DNA of 64,000 nucleotides from an uncultured bacterium (lineage in GTDB: Bacteria; Armatimonadota; SYMT01), in NCBI GenBank assembly GCA_964609085.1, contig CAZSRZ010000002.1, positions 29,477-93,476 of the forward strand, in the 5' to 3' direction. Shown here in pieces: positions 58,597 through 64,000 of this stretch. Both the position numbers and the translations under genes were made by a program. Numbering within the stretch: the stretch's first letter is position 1; every line of letters begins with the position of its first letter. Below the pieces are notes generated by a model. It ran no database searches. It saw only the letters and a program-made list of their open reading frames with translations, and had not been told where the DNA came from.

Positions 58597-60223
58597 CTTC
58601 GGCAGACTGGGCGTCGTCCGCCGCAGCCGCGTCCGGCATTGCTCCGCCGGCCGCTGGAGATTCAGCCGCCACGGCCGGGTGCGTGGGGGGGTGACGGCCG
58701 TACTCCTGCTCCAGAGTCGGGTGCGCTTCTGTTGCCGCTGTGTCCGACGACGCCGTTCGGGCTCGAGTGGACGCCCATTCCCGCAGCACGTCGATCTGTT
58801 CGCGCATGGTCCGGCTCAGCGGCACGGAGATCCGAATGCTGGCGAGGACGTCGTCCGTAGTGATGTCACGACCACCGTCGAACGCATCGTAGAGGGCGGA
58901 TACGATCGCCTGCTCGATCTCAGCCCCGCTGTAGCCCATTGCTGCCGCAGCGAGGGCCCGCCGGTCGAAGTTGGCCGCATCCCTCTTCCGCTTGCGGAAG
59001 TGGATATCAAAGATTTCTTCGCGCTCGGTCTGTCCCGGCAGGTCCACGAAGAAGATCTCGTCGAAGCGTCCCTTGCGGAGCAGTTCCGGCGGCAACATGT
59101 CGACGCGGTTCGCCGTGGCGACCACGAAGACCGCCGCCTTCTTCTCCTGCAGCCAGGTTATGAAGCTCGCGAAGACTCGGGCTGTCGTGCCGCCGTCCGT
59201 CACGCCGCTCGACTGGGTGCCCGAGAAGCCCTTCTCCAGCTCGTCGAGCCAAAGGACGGCCGGAGCGATCGACTCCGCCATTCTAATCGCGCGACGCATG
59301 TTCTCTTCGCTCTGACCGACGATGCCGCCGAAGATCTTGCCGACGTCCAGCCGGACGAGAGGAAGGCGCCACTGGCTGGCGATTGCCTTCGCAGCCAGGC
59401 TCTTCCCGCAGCCCTGAACCCCGAGCAGCAGGATGCCCTTGGGCGAAGGTAAGCCGAAGTCGCGGGCACGCTGGCCGAACGCGGCGCTACGCTTGCGCAT
59501 CCAGTCCTTCAAGACGTCGAGGCCGCCGACGTCCGCCATCGTCTCATCCATCCGGTAGTACTCGAGCATCCCGCTCTTCCGGATAATCTGTTCCTTCTCG
59601 GTGAGGATCGTGTCCACGTCGAACTTGCGCTTCTCCACCAGGCTCCGCGCAAACACGTTCTCCGCTTCGTTCGCCGTCAGGCCCACCGCAGCTTCGATCA
59701 CCCGCTCCCGCTCCGCCGGGTCCAATTTCGTCTCGATCTGCGCGTTGTTCTTGACCGACTGGATGATGTTCTCCAGCAGTCGATCCAGATCTTCGTGGTC
59801 CGGCAAGGCGTAGTCGACGACCGTCACCTCTTTCTCCAGCTCGGGCGGCAGCTTCAACGTCGGCGCCAGGACGACCAGCGTCTTGTAGCTGGTCTTCAGT
59901 GAGTAGGTCAGGTCCCGCAGCCGGCGAGTGATGTCGGTGTCGGTGATGAAGGGGTGGAAGTCTTTGAGGACGAAGACGGCCGGCTCTGTGGATTGCTCGA
60001 TGTAGTCCAGCACAGCCATCGGTTGGCGGGTGTTCTTGTCGCGCGCGGTCGGAGAGGTCACCAGCCCCTGCGTCACGGTCCACACAAACATCCGCTTACC
60101 GCGGTTGGTGCTGATCGCGCGCAGTGCATCCTCGACGCGCTTCTCTTCCCAGGAAACCACGTAGATGAGTGGATACCGTGCCCGGATGAGGATCTCAAGT
60201 TCCTGGTCGACCGTGCTGGCCAT
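58547..60223 (-). CDS. AAA+ family ATPase with ~250-aa N-terminal domain and acidic disordered C-tail
   Basis: Walker [16 protein letters not shown], Walker [10 protein letters not shown], and sensor/Arg-finger region [29 protein letters not shown] precedes the ATG at 60223. Confidence 0.85.
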   Translation of the reverse strand: MASTVDQELEILIRARYPLIYVVSWEEKRVEDALRAISTNRGKRMFVWTVTQGLVTSPTARDKNTRQPMAVLDYIEQSTEPAVFVLKDFHPFITDTDITRRLRDLTYSLKTSYKTLVVLAPTLKLPPELEKEVTVVDYALPDHEDLDRLLENIIQSVKNNAQIETKLDPAERERVIEAAVGLTANEAENVFARSLVEKRKFDVDTILTEKEQIIRKSGMLEYYRMDETMADVGGLDVLKDWMRKRSAAFGQRARDFGLPSPKGILLLGVQGCGKSLAAKAIASQWRLPLVRLDVGKIFGGIVGQSEENMRRAIRMAESIAPAVLWLDELEKGFSGTQSSGVTDGGTTARVFASFITWLQEKKAAVFVVATANRVDMLPPELLRKGRFDEIFFVDLPGQTEREEIFDIHFRKRKRDAANFDRRALAAAAMGYSGAEIEQAIVSALYDAFDGGRDITTDDVLASIRISVPLSRTMREQIDVLREWASTRARTASSDTAATEAHPTLEQEYGRHPPTHPAVAAESPAAGGAMPDAAAADDAQSAEVAETAESPGEPAVSEV

Positions 60224-60246
60224 GGCGGCGCTCCCTGCCGGCGGGG

Positions 60247-60495
60247 TCACGCCCCCTCGGGCTGGACGACCTCGACGCTGATCTCATGCACCATGCCGTC
60301 GTCGGTGGCGACCCACTCTTCCTTGAAGCTGCGGAGAGAGATATCGTTGCGCGTGTCCCGGAGGAGCCGGGTGAGCTGCTGCCCGAAGTTGCGCTCTGTG
60401 GAGGCCGCCTGTATGGCGCGAGCGGGGGCGCTGTCGGCCACGTCGGAGTGATTCTCCGTTCGTGCTTTCAGGACCTGACGGTTGGTATCAGCCAT
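60247..60495 (-). CDS. Small hypothetical protein (82 aa) immediately upstream of the AAA+ ATPase
   Basis: Intact ORF on the same strand ending 24 nt before the ATPase ATG. No recognisable family; it could be a non-coding leader. Confidence 0.35.
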   Translation of the reverse strand: MADTNRQVLKARTENHSDVADSAPARAIQAASTERNFGQQLTRLLRDTRNDISLRSFKEEWVATDDGMVHEISVEVVQPEGA

Positions 60496-60530
60496 GTGAA
60501 TTCATCCTGGCGACGCGGCGGACCGGGGCC

Positions 60531-60596
60531 GAGAGTGGGCGAGCGGTCGAGAGTCGGCGAGCGGTCGAGAGTCGGCGAGCGGTCAAGAGTCGGCGG
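60531..60596. repeat. 18-bp tandem repeat, about 3.6 copies (GAGAGTSGGCGAGCGGTC)
   Basis: Read directly from sequence. The copies lie at 60531-60548, 60549-60566, 60567-60584 and a partial copy at 60585-60596. They sit in the divergent intergenic region between the small ORF/AAA ATPase operon and the sugar-phosphate isomerase gene. Confidence 0.8.
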
Positions 60597-60710
60597 ATTG
60601 TATCATGTGAGGCCGCGCAGCAGAGGGACGGCCCCGATCCTGAAACCTGACTCCGTCCTCTGCCGGCACCACACTCAGAACAGAGGGATCCCCCGAGGAG
60701 AGTGAGTAGG

Positions 60711-61634
60711 ATGCTCGATCGGCGCACCATTTTGGCAGCGGGAGCGCTTCCCGCGCTGGCGCGGCAGGCCCATGCGGCGTCGACGGTAACGTGCCAGGTC
60801 GCGTGCACGACCTATGTCTACCGCCGCTTCCCCCTCCGGCGCGCGCTTGAGGGCATTGCCGGCGCGGGCTTTCGGTTCGTGGCCTGGGGCACCGAGCACC
60901 GGGAGGCGGATGGTCGCTCGACCCCCGTGATGCCGCCCGACGCACATCCGAGTGTCGCCGCGGCGCTGGCGAAGCGGTGTCGGTCGATGGGGCTCGAGCC
61001 CGTGATGTTGTTCTCCACCATCTACCCGGAACACCAGGATGGGCTGACGGTGCTTCGCCGGCGGATACAGCAGGCCGAGGCGGCGAGAATTCCACAGGTT
61101 CTCACCTTCGGCCACATCGAGAAGGATGGGCGTGACCGATGGCGAGAGCGGTTCCGCCTGCTCGGCCCGGAGGCGCGGAAAGCCGGCGTAACCATCGTCA
61201 TCAAGCAGCATGGGGGCGAGTCAGGCACGGGCGATGCCTGCGCCCGGTTCACTCGCGAGCTGGGAGAGTCACACGTCAAGGTGAACTACGACGCTGGCAA
61301 CGTGATGGACTACCTGAACATCGACCCCATTCCCGATCTGCGTTCCTGCCTGGACGAGGTTCGAAGCTTCTGCATCAAGGATCACCGCAATTCACCGAAG
61401 GACGAGGATTGCGGCCCGGGGTTTGGGGAGATCGACCACTACCGATTACTGGACCCTGCGATCAACCCCCGGTTGGTCAGGGCTGCGACATTGCCGCTGT
61501 GCTGCGAGAACATCTTCCCGCCGCTGCTGGGGATGCCCACCTCTCCCTCGGTCGTCGATGACTACGCACGCCGGGCCCGTGTGTTCCTGGAGACCGTGAT
61601 TGCCGGGCTGCGGAAATCTGCGGAGGAGAGCTGA
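60711..61634 (+). CDS. Tat-exported sugar phosphate isomerase/epimerase (xylose-isomerase-like TIM barrel)
   Basis: Tat signal DRRTILAAGALPALA with a TIM-barrel AP_endonuc_2-like pattern. RBS GAGGAG precedes the ATG at 60711. Confidence 0.75.
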   Translation: MLDRRTILAAGALPALARQAHAASTVTCQVACTTYVYRRFPLRRALEGIAGAGFRFVAWGTEHREADGRSTPVMPPDAHPSVAAALAKRCRSMGLEPVMLFSTIYPEHQDGLTVLRRRIQQAEAARIPQVLTFGHIEKDGRDRWRERFRLLGPEARKAGVTIVIKQHGGESGTGDACARFTRELGESHVKVNYDAGNVMDYLNIDPIPDLRSCLDEVRSFCIKDHRNSPKDEDCGPGFGEIDHYRLLDPAINPRLVRAATLPLCCENIFPPLLGMPTSPSVVDDYARRARVFLETVIAGLRKSAEES

Positions 61635-62392
61635 TGGGTGTGCTGCTTGAGGTGATCGTGTCGTCGCTGGACGACGCCCGCGCCGCCGCGGCCGGCGGCG
61701 CGGATCGGTTCGAGCTTTGCTCCGGGCTCGCCCTGGGCGGGCTGACCCCGAGCCTGGGCTTGCTCCAACTCTTGAAGGAGGAGATCTCGACCCCCACCGT
61801 GTTCATGCTGCGGCCCCGAGAGGGCGGCATGTGCTACGCACGCGGGGAGCTGTCCTCAATCGACCGGGATGCCGAGCTCGCCCTCGAAGCGGGGGCCGAG
61901 GGCCTGGTGGTTGGGTTCCTCACACCAGATGGGGAGGTGGATGTACCCCAGTGCCGCGACTTCCTCCGGCGCTGCAGCCGCGTAGCTGCGGGGCGGCAAT
62001 GGGTCTTCCACCGTGCCTTCGACGTGCTGCGCGATCCCGATGTGGGGCTCGAGCAACTCATCGACCTGGGCTTCACCCGCATCCTCACGTCCGGACGTGC
62101 GGCCCGGGCGTTTGATGGATTGCGTGAGATCCGCAGGATGGTGGAGTTGGCTGATGGTCGCATCGAGATCCTGCCGGGCGGAGGAATCCGGTTGGATCAT
62201 CTGGCTCAAGTAGTGCGGGAAACCGGGGTGAACCAGGTGCACATGTCGATCACGGACAGATCTTCGGACAGCTCCGCCACTCACAATCCCGTCATCCGGT
62301 TCGGCGCAAATCTCCCGGAGACCGAGTCGGACTTCCGCGTCGCCTCCACGGGCGGCGTCCGTCAGGCGAAGGCGATGCTCGCGGGTCTCTGA
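61634..62392 (+). CDS. cutC: Copper homeostasis protein CutC family
   Basis: MGVLLEVIVSSLDDARAAAAGGADRFELCS matches the CutC N-terminus; TIM-barrel length about 250 aa. Confidence 0.85.
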   Translation: MGVLLEVIVSSLDDARAAAAGGADRFELCSGLALGGLTPSLGLLQLLKEEISTPTVFMLRPREGGMCYARGELSSIDRDAELALEAGAEGLVVGFLTPDGEVDVPQCRDFLRRCSRVAAGRQWVFHRAFDVLRDPDVGLEQLIDLGFTRILTSGRAARAFDGLREIRRMVELADGRIEILPGGGIRLDHLAQVVRETGVNQVHMSITDRSSDSSATHNPVIRFGANLPETESDFRVASTGGVRQAKAMLAGL

Positions 62393-62441
62393 CCGGGTGA
62401 AGATAGCGTTTTTGCAGGATGTCGGTGGCGACCCTCCCTCG

Positions 62442-62463
62442 CGGAGGGAGGCCGGTGCCGGTT
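62442..62463 (+). terminator. GC-rich hairpin (CCTCCCTC-GCG-GAGGGAGG) 50 nt downstream of cutC stop; possible intrinsic terminator without U-tract
   Basis: Perfect 8-bp inverted repeat read from sequence. There is no T-run, which is common in high-GC genomes. Confidence 0.3.
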
Positions 62464-62723
62464 GGCCAAGTAGTGGCTCGACTGCCTGAGACCGGAACGC
62501 GATAGGCGCGTTCGGGGCGAGGCCCGATCACTGGAGGCCCGGCCTGACACCCCCACCCCCTCGCGTTTGTCGGTGGGCACCGCTCTGCAGCGCCCTCATC
62601 CTGATTGCAGGTCTGGCGGTTCGTGCCGCCGCCGAGGACTGGCCACACTGGAGAGGCCCCCGGCGCGACAACGTTTCCACGGAGGGCGGCCTCCTCCGCG
62701 CCTTCCCGCCGGAAGGCCCCCGC

Positions 62724-63791
62724 GTGCTCTGGCAGCGCCCCATCCCCGGGGGCTGGTCGCAGCCCTCCACCTCGAAGGGGCGGCTGTTCATCCAGACCGA
62801 AGACCAGAAGCAAGAGATCGTGCTCTGCCTCGAGCCGAAGTCGGGGAAGACGATCTGGGAGTTCAAGTACGACTGCGACTACGATCAATACCCGGACATG
62901 GACCAGCGGTTCAAGAGCGGGCCGCGGTCTACGCCGACAGTGGATGGGGATCGCGTCTACACCCTCGGCACCACCGGCATCCTGAACTGCCTGACCGCAG
63001 CGGAGGGCCGGTTGATCTGGCAGCGGGATCTGAAAGAGATGAATGGCGGGAAGTCGCCGGAGCTTGGCTATACTCACTCGCTGTTCATTTCCGGCGATCT
63101 GCTGTTCACCCACCCGGGCGGGATGAACTCGTCGCTCGCGGCGCTCAAGAAGCAGGACGGCAGCGTGGTTTGGAAGGGTGAGAGCGACACGCTTGGGTAC
63201 AGCACGCCTATCCTGATCGAGTTCGAGGGCCGGCCGCAGCTCATCCACTTCACCGGGCGCGGAGTAGTGGCGGTGACCCCCTCGACGGGTGCCGTCCGCT
63301 GGCGCTATGACTGGAAGACGAACTTCGACCTCAACGTCGCGACGCCGATCCACCACGAGGGCCAGGTGTTCATCTCCTCCAACTACGGCCACGGTGCGGC
63401 AATGCTGCGGATCGAGCGCGATGCGCCGCCGAGGGAGATCTACACCACCAAGGCGATGCAGAATTGGTTCACCGGCTCCATCCTGCATCGGGGCCACCTC
63501 TACGGGTTCAACGACAACAGGCTGACTTGCCTGGAGTGGCAGACCGGAGCCCTGAAGTGGGACAAGTCCGGCCTGGGACGCGGCAGCCTGTTGATTGCGG
63601 ATGGGCAATTGATTCTCTTGAGCGAGCGGGGCGAGGTCGTGCTTGCCGAGGCAACCCCGGAGGCCTACAAGGAAACGGCCCGCTGGAAGTCGCCGCTGCA
63701 GCCGCCGTGCTGGACGAGCCCCGTCCTTTCCAACGGAGTGCTTTACATCCGCAATCAGGAGCAAATGCTCGCCCTGGCCATGACCCCTTGA
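62724..63791 (+). CDS. PQQ-like beta-propeller repeat protein (BamB-like fold); true N-terminus probably upstream (~62565-62601)
   Basis: PQQ-repeat W/G patterns (DGDRVYTLGTTGILNCL, GEVVLAEA). The frame stays open upstream to 62490 and encodes a signal-peptide-like LILIAGLAVRAAA and the canonical mature start EDWPHWRGPRRDN, but there is no ATG/GTG/TTG. Confidence 0.75.
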   Translation: MLWQRPIPGGWSQPSTSKGRLFIQTEDQKQEIVLCLEPKSGKTIWEFKYDCDYDQYPDMDQRFKSGPRSTPTVDGDRVYTLGTTGILNCLTAAEGRLIWQRDLKEMNGGKSPELGYTHSLFISGDLLFTHPGGMNSSLAALKKQDGSVVWKGESDTLGYSTPILIEFEGRPQLIHFTGRGVVAVTPSTGAVRWRYDWKTNFDLNVATPIHHEGQVFISSNYGHGAAMLRIERDAPPREIYTTKAMQNWFTGSILHRGHLYGFNDNRLTCLEWQTGALKWDKSGLGRGSLLIADGQLILLSERGEVVLAEATPEAYKETARWKSPLQPPCWTSPVLSNGVLYIRNQEQMLALAMTP

Positions 63792-63856
63792 GGCGGCTGG
63801 TCCGCCCCGCGAAAGCACCGGGATCCTCGGGATAGAAAAGCCTCGGGGGCAGAGTG

Positions 63857-64000
63857 ATGTCAACGGGACCCGCGGGGCGTCGGTTGTTGGTGGTCGGAAG
63901 CAGTGGATTCCTCGGTCGGCGCGTCACCCGTGACTTCTCCGCAGGCGGGTGGTCGGTTGCCACGCTGTCCCGGCGTCCCGGGTTGCTGCCGGGCGCGGAT
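63857..64000 (+). CDS. Partial CDS (N-terminus only): NAD-dependent epimerase/dehydratase-like Rossmann protein
   Basis: MSTGPAGRRLLVVGSSGFLGRRV is a GxxGxxG-type dinucleotide-binding start; it runs off the window end. Confidence 0.4.
   Translation, partial: MSTGPAGRRLLVVGSSGFLGRRVTRDFSAGGWSVATLSRRPGLLPGAD

Noticed and set aside
60531-60596. Possible CRISPR array
   Set aside because: The unit is only 18 bp with no intervening unique spacers (pure tandem repeat), and no cas genes are in the window.

Overview
This is a 64 kb window from a high-GC (about 65-70%) bacterial chromosome, gene-dense on both strands (about 57 CDS calls). The gene content looks strongly Planctomycetota- or PVC-like: four Gfo/Idh/MocA oxidoreductases (two with Tat signals), Tat-signal sugar-phosphate isomerase, GDSL hydrolase, amidase and SMP-30 lactonase, a DUF1501 sulfatase-like protein, a DUF1559 prepilin-type H-X9-DG protein, a PEP-CTERM exosortase substrate, and an ankyrin protein. 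I cannot confirm this assignment without a database search. Housekeeping genes present are dnaE, sucC (without sucD), pfkA with a PfkB-family kinase, hpf, dapF, rsmG, queG, cysC, moaB, cutC, an orphan mraZ and one tRNA-Leu(CAA). I found no CRISPR array, IS element, integrase or restriction endonuclease. Most of the long ORFs in the supplied track that run antisense to these genes are high-GC artefacts. The most interesting loci are: (1) a thioredoxin-fold (redoxin) gene interrupted by a single in-frame TGA that is followed about 10 nt later by a GC hairpin with a GU-containing loop (a bacterial SECIS-like arrangement), sitting in a tight minus-strand operon MoaB, [2Fe-2S] ferredoxin, 4-Cys zinc-ribbon mini-protein, redoxin(TGA), SAM-methyltransferase, 2-hydroxyacid dehydrogenase; (2) a 1,184-aa zinc-ribbon + degenerate (pseudo)kinase + TPR + 2x7 WD40 protein next to a translationally coupled NHL-propeller / propeller-TPR pair, dapF and an AAA+ ATPase with a small overlapping partner ORF and an 18-bp tandem repeat in its promoter; (3) an orphan CcrM-like beta-class N6-adenine methyltransferase; (4) an apparent STAS + HATPase_c (anti-sigma antagonist/kinase) fusion next to a stand-alone mraZ; (5) a secreted S8 subtilase carrying five tandem Kre9/KNH-like Ig repeats and a poly-Lys tail; and (6) an ABC ribose-type permease with a roughly 110-aa periplasmic insertion and no ATPase gene nearby. 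All functional calls rest on motif recognition by eye in the translated ORFs; I could run no database searches.
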